Source: Chitinivibrionales bacterium (GTDB lineage Bacteria > Fibrobacterota > Chitinivibrionia > Chitinivibrionales > WJKA01). From it: a DNA stretch of 64,000 nucleotides. Below, piece by piece: positions 48,279-58,420 of the stretch. Positions within the stretch are counted from its first letter, which is position 1; each line of letters opens with the position of its first letter. The position numbers and the translations under genes were made by a program. The notes beneath the pieces were generated by a model that saw only the letters and a list, made by a program, of their open reading frames with translations, did not search any database and had not been told where the DNA came from. The stretch covers positions 59,504-123,503 of the forward strand of contig JBBRUX010000005.1 of NCBI GenBank assembly GCA_038247415.1, written 5' to 3'.

Positions 48279-48613
48279 ACGCATTAGAATTTGCAACAGA
48301 AGTTCGGCTTCATCTTGTTGCAGGGGTCGATTCTTTAGCCATTATAGAAACAGGGTATTGCTCGGATTTGCTCTCGGATGCCATTGCCAATGCTCCTGTA
48401 AATTCGGTTTTTATCACCGTGCAGGCGCATAAGAACACCGTTGCGGTGGCAACCTTGGTTGGTGTACCACTTATCATTCTCTGTAATAATCGCATTGCAC
48501 CCCTTGACATGATCGATGCTGCAATCGATAAAAAAATTGGCATTGCGCAAACAGAAAAAAGCCAGTTTGAAATCAGCATTCTTGTGCACACCATTCTCAC
48601 CCAAACGCGATAA
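48275..48613 (+). CDS. DRTGG domain protein
   Basis: GYCSDLLSDAIANA...ITVQAHKNTVAVA. Confidence 0.88.
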   Translation: MNALEFATEVRLHLVAGVDSLAIIETGYCSDLLSDAIANAPVNSVFITVQAHKNTVAVATLVGVPLIILCNNRIAPLDMIDAAIDKKIGIAQTEKSQFEISILVHTILTQTR

Positions 48614-48621
48614 CTGTTATT

Positions 48622-50106
48622 ATGCCCATTTTTAAGGCAGATTTGCATATTCATTCATGCTTGTCACCATGCGCCGATCTTCTTATGTCTCCCCGTGCGA
48701 TTGTTAAAGCTGCCAAAGAACGAGGCATAGGCATTCTCTCGCTTACCGATCATAATTGTTGCGGAAATAGTGCCGTGATGGCTACGCTCTGTAAAGAAGC
48801 TGGAATTGGGTTTATTTACGGCATCGAAGCAACCACGTGCGAAGAAGTCCACCTCTTGTGCTATTTCGGTAACCAGCGCGATTGCGATGCTCTGGGTTCT
48901 TCTATTACTGCAACATTACCATCGCTTCCCTCTGTGCCGCTTAAGGACAAATGTCAAATTCTTGTCAATCGCAACGATGAGGTACTTGGCTTTATGGAGA
49001 GAAATCTCATGGGTGCGGCAACCATGAGCATGGATGAGATCGAGGATTTTGTTACGCATCGCGGAGGGGTTGTCATCCCTGCCCATATCGATAGACCTTC
49101 ATTTTCGATTATATCCCAACTGGGCTTTTTACCTGATGGAAAATCCTACCCTGCTGTAGAAATGATTAAAAGACCAAAACCAATTTCATTTCAGGGATAT
49201 GAGGTCATTGCCAATTCGGATGCTCATTCGCCTGAGAGGGTCGGAACATCGTTTACAGAACTACTGGTAGACTCTTTATCGCCGGCCTCAATTATATCTG
49301 CCCTTAAAAATTTTAGTTTTCAGCGAATTCGAAATAATGACGCGAGTCGATCAGAAAAAGCTCATGGCCAAGATTCATTGCCTTTATCAGCAATGGCTCA
49401 ACCACTCTACCCTGCCCCTCAAAAAGAAGTTGGATCCAAACATATGATAACAAACAAAAACTGTATCTTACGATTGTCTCGCTATAAAAATGCACTCCAC
49501 CGGTTCAAAATGCTCGGATTCATCAAAGTGTTTTCGGACTATTTAGCAGATGCCTGCGGGGTAACGTCTGTGCAAGTGCGTAAAGACTTCTCAATTTTTG
49601 GCATCATGGGAAATAAGCGGGGTGGATATCAGATAGACGCGCTCATTGAGCAGCTTAATAACATCCTTGGAAAAAACGAACTCCAAAAAGTGATCCTTGT
49701 TGGAGCGGGAAATCTTGGTTTTGCGCTCATGAAATATCGCAATTTCGAGATGGATGGTATAAAAATTGTTGCCGCTTTTGATATCGATCCATCAAAACTC
49801 AATCCAAAAGATACCGTTCCCGTCTTGCCCCTAGATTCGCTCATTGATTTTGTAAAAAATAATGGTGTTAAAATTGGTATCCTCTGCGTTCCCATTGTAG
49901 CTGCGCAAGCAACCCTCGACCTTATGATGACCGCAGGTCTTAAAGGAGTTCTTAATTTTGCTCCAATTCAGCTTAAAGCTGCTGATGACCGCGTAATAAA
50001 TAATGTAACCTTTGAAGTTGAGCTCGAAAATTTAATTTATTTCGTTAATGCCTTAGAAAAAGCTCCCAATCGAAGAATCGAGAAATTTGAGCCACAGCTC
50101 GATTAA
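48622..50106 (+). CDS. rex: PHP-domain phosphoesterase fused in frame to redox-sensing repressor Rex (Rex could also start at ATG 49444)
   Basis: ADLHIHSCLSPC, TDHN, PAHIDR, NSDAH; then RLSRY...QVRKDFSIFG...GY, GAGNLG, FDID, LNFAP, with no stop between. Confidence 0.88.
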   Translation: MPIFKADLHIHSCLSPCADLLMSPRAIVKAAKERGIGILSLTDHNCCGNSAVMATLCKEAGIGFIYGIEATTCEEVHLLCYFGNQRDCDALGSSITATLPSLPSVPLKDKCQILVNRNDEVLGFMERNLMGAATMSMDEIEDFVTHRGGVVIPAHIDRPSFSIISQLGFLPDGKSYPAVEMIKRPKPISFQGYEVIANSDAHSPERVGTSFTELLVDSLSPASIISALKNFSFQRIRNNDASRSEKAHGQDSLPLSAMAQPLYPAPQKEVGSKHMITNKNCILRLSRYKNALHRFKMLGFIKVFSDYLADACGVTSVQVRKDFSIFGIMGNKRGGYQIDALIEQLNNILGKNELQKVILVGAGNLGFALMKYRNFEMDGIKIVAAFDIDPSKLNPKDTVPVLPLDSLIDFVKNNGVKIGILCVPIVAAQATLDLMMTAGLKGVLNFAPIQLKAADDRVINNVTFEVELENLIYFVNALEKAPNRRIEKFEPQLD

Positions 50107-50143
50107 TTTAAAGTATTGGTCTTAACTAAACATGTAAAACCGT

Positions 50144-51781
50144 ATGAATATACCACTATCTGAGTTCATTCCCTTTTTTGCGCTTTACGCTGAAACTCAT
50201 TTCCGCTTTTTTAAGAGATTCCCTAATTTTCTTGCTAAGGCAGAGCCCGAGGTGGTTTTTGATCTGCCCCGTCGCGGGTTGCACGGATCCCCCATTCCGC
50301 TACTACTTCTGATTAATGATAGAGACAAGTATCCTATTGAATTAATTGAAGTTAAAATTGCGTATTGCATAATCGGCGACCGTCCCAAACTGCATCGGAT
50401 TCAGAATATCGCGCAGTATGTGATCGATCATCCGCTCAAACATCAATCAACCGCGTATAATATACCCCTTCCTGCCGACCTTTTTCTAGAGATATCCACC
50501 TACCAAATAAATTGTCTCGCAATACTCAAAACAAAGCATGGCCGAACTTTAGAGGTTCTTAACGACAACTATATTGGATCTTCTAAACGATCCTTCACTT
50601 GCCTCATCTCAAACAATACTTATCCGTCGCAAGATATTGTTTCATATGGAGATATGCATGTTCATTCACAGTTTTCTCAAAGCCACGTTGAGTTTGGCCC
50701 GCCACTCGAAATTCTTAAAGAATGGGCCAGAGCAAGTAGTTTAGATTTCTTAGGCATAACCGATCATTCCTACGATCTCGCCTGTAGTTTGAGCGATTAT
50801 TTCATCGAAGAAGAGTCGACCCCTCGGTGGGTGCTTATGAAAGCGGAATGTACCCGCCTCAGCGAAGCCCATTCAGCACTGCTTATCCCCGGTGAAGAAA
50901 TTTCTGTGCTTAATAAAAAAAACAAGGTAGTTCACCTGCTCAGATTTGGATCAGACAGATATATCCCAGGCTCTCTTGATGGCGCGCGCAAAAAGAAGGT
51001 TTTTAATAAATCCAGCACATTAGAACTCCTTGCTACTACCCAAGATAAAGATACTGAAGTGCTCTTGGCTGCACATCCAGGTTCGCGCGCAAGATTCATG
51101 CAATCGGTATTCCTCCACAGAGGAAATTGGGATACTGCTGATCTTGCCCAGCCCATTGATGGTCTTCAAGCAGTAAACAGCGGTTTTGGCAAGTCTTGGA
51201 AGTATGCTAAGATGTTGTGGATCAAAGAATTACTTAATGGACACAAACTCGCACTGGTGGCAGGTACCGATGCACACGGGGACGCAAATCGCTATAGATG
51301 TATTGGGATTCCTTTTCTGAGAATTCTCGAACTCTTTAACCGCTATTTGGGAAGTACTAGAACAGGGCTCTACGGCAAACCAAAAACCAAAACTGATGTT
51401 TTAGATGCAATAAGGAACGGCAAAACTTTTGTAACCAGTGGACCCTATGCAAACCTTTTGGATCGCAATAATCCATACTGCTCCCTTATTTCAACTCATG
51501 AGCTTAGACGTGAGATAACAGTTATAACATCAGAATTTAAAAGCACTTGTGAGTTTGGATATCTTCAGAGAATACGAGTTATGGGAGGGATAAAAGGAGC
51601 CAAACAAGAAGTTGTTATTGTCGACAAGCTTTTTGCGGAATCGCAGCAAATGCTCGAAGAGAGCTTGGATATTTCTCTCCCCGATCTCGCGTTATTTTAC
51701 ATTCGTGGCGAAGTTGGATGCTTCTCGAAAACGGGCTCTGAAGTAGTAGCCTTTACAAGCCCTTGCTACTTCCAAACCTAG
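50144..51781 (+). CDS. PHP-like (CehA/McbA family) metallohydrolase
   Basis: GDMHVHS, ITDHSYD, GEEIS, AHP, GTDAH, GKTFVTSGP. Confidence 0.8.
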   Translation: MNIPLSEFIPFFALYAETHFRFFKRFPNFLAKAEPEVVFDLPRRGLHGSPIPLLLLINDRDKYPIELIEVKIAYCIIGDRPKLHRIQNIAQYVIDHPLKHQSTAYNIPLPADLFLEISTYQINCLAILKTKHGRTLEVLNDNYIGSSKRSFTCLISNNTYPSQDIVSYGDMHVHSQFSQSHVEFGPPLEILKEWARASSLDFLGITDHSYDLACSLSDYFIEEESTPRWVLMKAECTRLSEAHSALLIPGEEISVLNKKNKVVHLLRFGSDRYIPGSLDGARKKKVFNKSSTLELLATTQDKDTEVLLAAHPGSRARFMQSVFLHRGNWDTADLAQPIDGLQAVNSGFGKSWKYAKMLWIKELLNGHKLALVAGTDAHGDANRYRCIGIPFLRILELFNRYLGSTRTGLYGKPKTKTDVLDAIRNGKTFVTSGPYANLLDRNNPYCSLISTHELRREITVITSEFKSTCEFGYLQRIRVMGGIKGAKQEVVIVDKLFAESQQMLEESLDISLPDLALFYIRGEVGCFSKTGSEVVAFTSPCYFQT

Positions 51782-51785
51782 CACA

Positions 51786-52940
51786 TTACATTATTATAAG
51801 CTGTCCGTGCAGAGCCCCAGCTTGTTTGATAGCCTGAAAAATAGTTATCACATCTCGTGGTGTTACTCCAAGTGAATTAAGGGCTTGTGCAAGATCAGAT
51901 GCTGTTGTTGTCCCATTAAGAACTACCATATCGGCTGGTTTTTCTTCTACATGCGTTTGACCCTTAAGAGCCATAGCAGTAGATCCTGCGCTAAACGGTT
52001 GAGGCTGAACAAGTTCGGGAGTATTAACGATTTCTACCTTAATACCTCCATGTGATACAGCAACTTCAGAGATTGTTGCGTTTCCTCCAGCAACAATAGT
52101 CCCTGTTCGTTCGTTAATAACTATCTTAGCAGTATTTGCCACTTCAAATTGAAGATTTTCCATGCGTGAAATGAATTCAACAAGCTCTATTTTATTCTTG
52201 ATAGAATCCTTTGCAAGTGTATTAAAATCAAGGTTTATGGTTGCCGCATCCACTGCCTTTGCAATGGGAATTGAGGTCATAGTTTCAAACTCTTTATTAA
52301 CCGCCGAAGCGAGCATGAGTGCTGATGTAAAATCTGGATTAGTAAGAGAAAGCGAAAGCTCATTTCCATCGAGAGCATCTAATGCAAATGCTTTTTGGAC
52401 TATTGCGCCATCAGGGATTAATCCAACAACAACATGGTTTTTTCTAATACTTGTAAGTCCAATATTATCAATGTTATAACCACCGGTTGATAAAGGCCCT
52501 TGTGCAGAGCCATAGATTTGTCCATCGGGCCCTTGAATAGTCGTTAAAATAAGCGTGCCCCCTTCTAAACTGGTGGCGTCGCCCATCGATGAAACACTCA
52601 CATCAAATCGAGTGCCTTTTTTCTTATACGGCTGCAAAGTTCCTGTAACCATAACCGATGCCACATTGCGCACACGAATATGCTGGTCTGGCATTTCTAT
52701 GCCCATGTTTTTCAACATATTAGCGACGGTTTGCTGGGTAAAAACACTCTGCGTTTTATCGCCGGTGCCCGCAAGACCTACAACAAGTCCATACCCAAAA
52801 AGCTGTAATTCTTCCACCCCCGATATTGACGCAACATCTTTAATGCGAACCCGTTGCTGAGCCCATCCTAGACTTGCCAGTATTGAAACGAGCAACAATC
52901 CAAAAACAGCTCTTTTACCTACTTGTAATCGATAAGTCAT
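51786..52940 (-). CDS. flgI: Flagellar P-ring protein
   Basis: RIKDVA...GYGLVVGLAGTGD, GDATSLEGGTL, INERTGTIV, AIKQAGAL. Confidence 0.97.
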   Translation of the reverse strand: MTYRLQVGKRAVFGLLLVSILASLGWAQQRVRIKDVASISGVEELQLFGYGLVVGLAGTGDKTQSVFTQQTVANMLKNMGIEMPDQHIRVRNVASVMVTGTLQPYKKKGTRFDVSVSSMGDATSLEGGTLILTTIQGPDGQIYGSAQGPLSTGGYNIDNIGLTSIRKNHVVVGLIPDGAIVQKAFALDALDGNELSLSLTNPDFTSALMLASAVNKEFETMTSIPIAKAVDAATINLDFNTLAKDSIKNKIELVEFISRMENLQFEVANTAKIVINERTGTIVAGGNATISEVAVSHGGIKVEIVNTPELVQPQPFSAGSTAMALKGQTHVEEKPADMVVLNGTTTASDLAQALNSLGVTPRDVITIFQAIKQAGALHGQLIIM

Positions 52941-52986
52941 ACGTACGTCCTTGCATAGATGAAAATCATGAAATGGTGCATTCTGG

Positions 52987-53559
52987 TTAAAAAATCCAAT
53001 TCAAGAAGCGCGCAATTAATCCCGGTCGCTGTCCCTCGTGGGCAGCTCCTTTTCCAGAATAGGTTATTTTTGCATCCGAAATATTATACGAATACACAAA
53101 GTTGTCTGGCTGAATATCTTGCGCTCTTACAATTCCTGATACAGAAATAATCTCTTTTTCGTTATTAATTTCTACCATTTTATTTCCGTCGATAACCAAA
53201 TTTCCATTATCCAAAACTTTTGAAACACGGGCTGTGACCTTTGCAAGCAATGAACCTTCTCTGGATGTAGACCCTTTTCCATCAAAACCAACCCCCACAC
53301 TTCCCGATGCGCCAAATGCAGGAATAAAACTTAATAACCCGGTGCCTTGAATCCCGTTAACACCAACTTGATTTTTCTTATCGGTGCTTGTTCCAGAATT
53401 TGATCCAGCTTTGGCAGATTCAACGATATACACGGTTAAGATATCGTCGACACGCATGGCTCTTTTGTCGGTATAAAGGCTATACATCGGCGCAGCGATT
53501 ACCCCTTGCACAAAAGCACCTATGAGAACATAAGCAACCACTGATATACCTTTTTTCAT
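52987..53559 (-). CDS. flgH: Flagellar L-ring protein
   Basis: SLYTDKRA..VDDILTV, VLDNGNLVIDG, SGIVRAQDI, DAKITYSG. Confidence 0.93.
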   Translation of the reverse strand: MKKGISVVAYVLIGAFVQGVIAAPMYSLYTDKRAMRVDDILTVYIVESAKAGSNSGTSTDKKNQVGVNGIQGTGLLSFIPAFGASGSVGVGFDGKGSTSREGSLLAKVTARVSKVLDNGNLVIDGNKMVEINNEKEIISVSGIVRAQDIQPDNFVYSYNISDAKITYSGKGAAHEGQRPGLIARFLNWIF

Positions 53560-54527
53560 AAAACCTCCCCCGCCACCGCAATGGCAACCTTAGATTTTCC
53601 GACAATTTTACCTTTTGCAATTTTATGACTTACTGCATTTTCAACAAGTATAATCGATCCAATTGCACCCGATTGTCGAGCAATGCCCGAGGCACTCAGT
53701 GATACATTTTTTTGCTTAACCACAAGCACTACCTCAGCACCTTTTTGTATATCGATTGTAGGCGCTAAAAGATCCTTTGATAAGATTGTTCCTTGTGATA
53801 TTGATCGAGCTAGTGTTCTACCCATTATATCGCCCTGATTTAGGAAATATTCTTTTTCATAAAATGTTATATCTTTTTGAGTTATGACAATATTCTGAGA
53901 ATTTAGAGTATCATTTCTCAAAAGCTTTGAACAAGCAACATATACAGGCATTACGACTTTTAGTACGCACACAACCGGCACCATGAGGTGCTTCCCATGT
54001 TGAGTAAGTTCGAGGTTAATTCTGAGGTGCCCTTTTTGATTTGAAGCAGAGTCCATACCGCTTATTGCATGTACAAAAGGTTTATCTAAAAGGTGAATCG
54101 TTTCGCTGCCGTTAATAAGCGCGAATTCAATATTCGTGTGAGGATACGCAGTCTTTTCACTGACATAAGATTTTATTGATTGCTCAAAATCACTGATCTT
54201 AATGATTCGTGATTGCGTTGAAATTGAAATTCTAGATATACTTTCTGATGAAGCAATAACAGAGATCCCAAGCTTCTGGGAAATTTTTGGGATAAGATCA
54301 GTTACGAGGGCTAGTCTGCTGTAACCTGCTGGGGCAGAAGGACCTATGCAAATTGCATCAACCTTTTTTTTAAGCTCCAAAGGAGCAGAATAGGATGCAA
54401 TATCTGAGAGATAAATAAGGGTGTCGTTTACCGAGGAGCTATCGTGAAAATTAAGAATCACCGGCTCAGACGCATAGGCGAAGGAGCACATCAACCCAAC
54501 GATAATGCCAAAATCCCTGGCAACCAT
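53556..54527 (-). CDS. flgA: Flagellar P-ring formation chaperone FlgA
   Basis: C-terminal SAF domain (GIARQSGAIGSIILVENAVSHK); lies between flgG and flgH. Confidence 0.88.
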   Translation of the reverse strand: MVARDFGIIVGLMCSFAYASEPVILNFHDSSSVNDTLIYLSDIASYSAPLELKKKVDAICIGPSAPAGYSRLALVTDLIPKISQKLGISVIASSESISRISISTQSRIIKISDFEQSIKSYVSEKTAYPHTNIEFALINGSETIHLLDKPFVHAISGMDSASNQKGHLRINLELTQHGKHLMVPVVCVLKVVMPVYVACSKLLRNDTLNSQNIVITQKDITFYEKEYFLNQGDIMGRTLARSISQGTILSKDLLAPTIDIQKGAEVVLVVKQKNVSLSASGIARQSGAIGSIILVENAVSHKIAKGKIVGKSKVAIAVAGEVL

Positions 54528-54565
54528 AAATACATCCCTTTCAACCTAGTTCAGAAACCAATAAC

Positions 54566-55354
54566 TTACCGCTTAAGATTATTTGCTGTCTGCATCATTT
54601 CTTCTGAGACCGAAATTGCCTTAGAAACTATTTCATAGGCTCGTTGAGCTGTTATCATATTGACCATTTCATCAATCATTTGGACATTGGAGGTTTCTAT
54701 ATACTGCGATTGTGTTGTGCCCATACCTTCTAAGCCAGGCGTTCCAATAATCGGCTCACCAGAAGAATCAGACTGACCATACAGATTCTCCCCTAAACCT
54801 CTAAGTCCCGCGGGATTAATGAACCGGGCCAGCTCAATTTGCCCAATTTCGGTTGAGTTTTGTTCGCCAGGAAGAATAGCAGTAACTAACCCATTAGCAT
54901 CAACACTAAAACTATCACCACCATCTGGCACCACAATTTGAGGTTCTAACTTATAGCCCGATGAGGTTACCAGAGTTCCATCGGAGGATAATTTAAATCC
55001 GCCATCACGAGTGTAACCAACATTCCCATCTGGTAGCGAAACTTGATAAAAACCATTGCCCGAAATTGCGATATCATACGGATTGCCTGTTGCATTAAGC
55101 GATCCTTGCTCAAAAATTCTTTGTGTTGCAGAATTGCGGACACCAAGCCCAACCTCAATACCAGTTGGAGCAACCGTGCCTTCGGCATTTTTGGTTCCTG
55201 GTTCCTTAAGAGACTGATACATAAGATCCTGAAACTCCATTTTCACCCGTTTATATCCTGTAGTATTTACATTGGATAAATTATGGGAAATTGTGTCCAT
55301 GTAAAGCTGCTGAGCTTCCATGCCAGTTGCCGCAGTGTAAATAGATCGAACCAT
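54566..55354 (-). CDS. flgG: Flagellar distal rod protein
   Basis: TAATGMEAQQ...ISHNLSNVNTTGYK, FQDLMYQ, YTRDG, MITAQRAYE. Confidence 0.97.
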   Translation of the reverse strand: MVRSIYTAATGMEAQQLYMDTISHNLSNVNTTGYKRVKMEFQDLMYQSLKEPGTKNAEGTVAPTGIEVGLGVRNSATQRIFEQGSLNATGNPYDIAISGNGFYQVSLPDGNVGYTRDGGFKLSSDGTLVTSSGYKLEPQIVVPDGGDSFSVDANGLVTAILPGEQNSTEIGQIELARFINPAGLRGLGENLYGQSDSSGEPIIGTPGLEGMGTTQSQYIETSNVQMIDEMVNMITAQRAYEIVSKAISVSEEMMQTANNLKR

Positions 55355-55384
55355 AATAACCTCTTAGGCGTTAAAAAATTGCTA

Positions 55385-56116
55385 CTAGATTTTTCCAACC
55401 ACATTAACTGCTTTATCCATCGACTCATCCTGTGCGAGCATTGCCTTTTGATCTGCTTCATAATTTCGATATGAGTTAATCATTTGCACCATATTTTTTA
55501 TAGGGTTCGCATTTGATCCTTCAAGAAATCCTTGCTTAACAACCCAGCCTGCAGCAACAACCGGTTCATTTTCCAATCCGTAAGGTTTTAGGATGCTATT
55601 GCCTTCTCGGGTTAGTGCATAAGGCTTTTTGAAATCGGAAATTTTTAAAAACCCTCTTGATTCTTTGTCCTGTATTACTTCCCCATCAGATGAAATTGTA
55701 ACTGCATTGGGGCCAGAGAGCTTAATAAAACCATCTCGGCCAAAAACCTTTGCACCATCCATTGTTGACAAAAAGCCGTTTGAATCGGTTGTAAAATTTC
55801 CATTGCGGGTATACCCAATTCCAGAATTAGTAAGCACGTTAAAAAATCCTGTGCCTTCGATCATCGCATCGAGAACATTATTTGTTGGTTGAGCAGGCCC
55901 TTGTGAATAATCGATAAAAACTTTATCGGTGGCAATCTCCCGATTAACATTTGGCTGGCGAGCATCATTATCGAGATATTTTTGCAGCGTTTTGGTAAAT
56001 GAGCTGCTTTGTTTAAAACCTGTTGTATTAATATTTGCCAAATTATTAGCGATCTGATCTTGCTTCTGCATCATGGCGGTCATTCCTGCAGCAGCGATAT
56101 AAACTCCCTGAACCAT
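55385..56116 (-). CDS. flgF: Flagellar proximal rod protein FlgF
   Basis: ANNLANINTTGFK, YTRNGNF, QGFLEGSN, RNYEADQK; GAGGAG SD before ATG 56116. Confidence 0.9.
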   Translation of the reverse strand: MVQGVYIAAAGMTAMMQKQDQIANNLANINTTGFKQSSSFTKTLQKYLDNDARQPNVNREIATDKVFIDYSQGPAQPTNNVLDAMIEGTGFFNVLTNSGIGYTRNGNFTTDSNGFLSTMDGAKVFGRDGFIKLSGPNAVTISSDGEVIQDKESRGFLKISDFKKPYALTREGNSILKPYGLENEPVVAAGWVVKQGFLEGSNANPIKNMVQMINSYRNYEADQKAMLAQDESMDKAVNVVGKI

Positions 56117-56161
56117 ATCCAACTCCTCAGGTATAGGTAGAATCCACATCCTATTCTAATA

Positions 56162-56178
56162 AGCATTTTCTGTGCCGA
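56162..56178 (-). promoter_or_regulatory. sigma54 (-24/-12) promoter of the flgFGAHI operon
   Basis: Minus strand TCGGCACAGAAAATGCT (GG-N10-GC), about 45 nt upstream of flgF; IHF-consensus AATCAAGTAGTTA at 56302-56314. Confidence 0.7.
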
Positions 56179-56587
56179 AAAAATAAAATCTCTGAGTTCA
56201 TCGAATTCGAATTCTTTTTCTTGCAACCTCACATTTGAAGATCATTCATAAAACCAGTCGTTATTGAGTATGTTTTAAACATAATGAAAGATTAATCATT
56301 GTAACTACTTGATTTTATTATAAAAATAATGCCTGAGCAACATTTTGTGATCTATTAAGAACCACTAGGTGGAATGATGTAGGCACCTGAAGATTATTTT
56401 TTTGGCAGAAAGCACGGGGGACTTTAATCAAAATCTTTTTGCTAAACACTCGGCAAGCACATGCATGTTGGGTAGACATTGCCGAAAGAAACGGAAAAGT
56501 TTGCCTCTTTAGCCCGATCTCTGGAGGTATGACGTTCAGATTGTAGCAAATCGGTTCTCTGTTTACTTCTCGGTTCCCTTCAATTTA

Positions 56588-56612
56588 AACTATTGGGAAT
56601 TTCCCAATAGTT
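56588..56612. repeat. Perfect 12-bp inverted repeat (AACTATTGGGAA-T-TTCCCAATAGTT)
   Basis: Read directly from the intergenic region between the sigma54 activator gene and flgF. Confidence 0.85.
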
Positions 56613-56677
56613 GCATCCTCTTCCAATTCACCGGTCTTATTTATGTTCTTTAAATGCTCATTTGCTGTTTTTCTGTT

Positions 56678-58420
56678 TTATTTTGTGGGCTCATTCATAG
56701 CTGCCAAATACCTAAAAAATGTTGCTCTACTCATTCCCAGAGTTTTTGCTGCTTCTTCCCTATTTTGACTGCACGCGCTAAGGGTGCGCATGATAAGTTG
56801 CGATTGAAACTCGCGGGTTGCGCTCTCTAGGGTTGCCACCCCTTGCAATTGGGAGCCATTTTCCAAATCGAGTTCCACAAACTTAGACTGGCTCGATAAA
56901 ACCGCTTTATGCACAGCACTTGATAGTTCGCGAATATTGCCGGGCCATTCATAAAAGAGCATAGCTTTTAGTGAATCGGGATGAAAATCGGTAATTTTTT
57001 TGGCAGGATAAAGAGTTCGAAATTTCTCTAAATAAAAATAGGCAAGCAGATGAATATCTGCGCCTCTTTCACGCAAAGGCGGCAATTGAATACGAAATTG
57101 ATCGATCCGAAAATACAAATCTTGACGAAAGAGACCTTCTGCAGCAAGACTTTTTAGATCACGATTGGTTGCACAAATGATTCGCACATTAATGGGATTT
57201 TCCGATGTAGCACCAACAGCCCTAACCTTGCCGGTTTCCAGAGTTCTGAGCAATTTAGCCTGAAGTGATAGCTCTATTTCACTTATTTCATCGAGAAATA
57301 ATGTTCCGTTTGATGCGGCAACAAATAAACCATCATGATCCCGAGTTGCCCCTGTAAAGCTGCCTTTTTTATGGCCAAAAAGCTCAGATTCGAGCAATTC
57401 TCCTTTAAGCGAGCTACAATTTACGGGAATAAAGGGAAACGAAGCACGAGAGCTCTTGGCATGAATTCGTTGAGCGATAACATCTTTTCCGGTCCCTGTT
57501 TCACCAGTCAACAAAACGGTAATATCAGCACCTGCTACCGAATCTATATCAACAAGGACTTTTTTCATAGCGTGTGAGCCGGCAATAAACCCGGCATCGG
57601 CGGTGTGAGAAGACAATTGACTAATAATGTCATTTTGCTGAGCAATAAAACCAACATGATCGATAAGCATGCCAGCCATGAGTGCATACAGACGCATCAT
57701 GGCCATATCACGATCGCCAAAGGATACGGTTGGGTTTTTGGAACCAACATACATAACCCCTAACACCTGTTGAGCAACCATCATCGGACAACACAAAACA
57801 GTTGACAGATTCAAATCCATGATACTTTGCGCTGCACCAAATCTGTTATCGGCTAAAACATTTCCAATACATAATGGGGATTTGTTGCGTAACACCTCTT
57901 GCACAATCGTATCGGAGAATCTATCGGTTGTTTCGGCAGGATTCGACGAAACAAAAACGCGGGGAACTTTGCGATCATCAAGGGTAAGGATAAATGCCTC
58001 TTCTGCATGCAAAGCGCTGAGCAAAATGGTAATGATTTTTTGAAGAAGCGTTGTCAGATCTCTTTCGTTGCCAACTGCTTCACTAAACCGCACAAATTCA
58101 TCAAATACTGGCTGGACTATGGTTTGTGCACTGTGCTCAACCATATCCTCAACAATATAAACCATATCTCCAATAGTTATTCGATTGCCTGGGGCACAAA
58201 TACACTCATGTATTTTTGCTCCATTAACTCGTATATCTCCATATTTAATTGCCTGCACTTCAATTCCCTGCGCATGCTGACACAATTTTGCGGACACATC
58301 AGCAATGCCTTTACCCAAAGCGACAATATCGTTTTCCTTGCTCGCCCCAATAAATTGAGCCCGGGCGCCAACGCGTATAAGCCGCGTTGCATTGTTATAA
58401 AATTCCTTCAGAATTGTCAT
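56678..58420 (-). CDS. sigma54-dependent enhancer-binding protein (degenerate FHA, GAF, AAA+, Fis HTH)
   Basis: GETGTGKD, ESELFGHKKGSFTGA, LFLDEI, FRQDLYFR, WPGNIREL, AAKTLGMSRATFFR. Confidence 0.93.
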   Translation of the reverse strand: MTILKEFYNNATRLIRVGARAQFIGASKENDIVALGKGIADVSAKLCQHAQGIEVQAIKYGDIRVNGAKIHECICAPGNRITIGDMVYIVEDMVEHSAQTIVQPVFDEFVRFSEAVGNERDLTTLLQKIITILLSALHAEEAFILTLDDRKVPRVFVSSNPAETTDRFSDTIVQEVLRNKSPLCIGNVLADNRFGAAQSIMDLNLSTVLCCPMMVAQQVLGVMYVGSKNPTVSFGDRDMAMMRLYALMAGMLIDHVGFIAQQNDIISQLSSHTADAGFIAGSHAMKKVLVDIDSVAGADITVLLTGETGTGKDVIAQRIHAKSSRASFPFIPVNCSSLKGELLESELFGHKKGSFTGATRDHDGLFVAASNGTLFLDEISEIELSLQAKLLRTLETGKVRAVGATSENPINVRIICATNRDLKSLAAEGLFRQDLYFRIDQFRIQLPPLRERGADIHLLAYFYLEKFRTLYPAKKITDFHPDSLKAMLFYEWPGNIRELSSAVHKAVLSSQSKFVELDLENGSQLQGVATLESATREFQSQLIMRTLSACSQNREEAAKTLGMSRATFFRYLAAMNEPTK

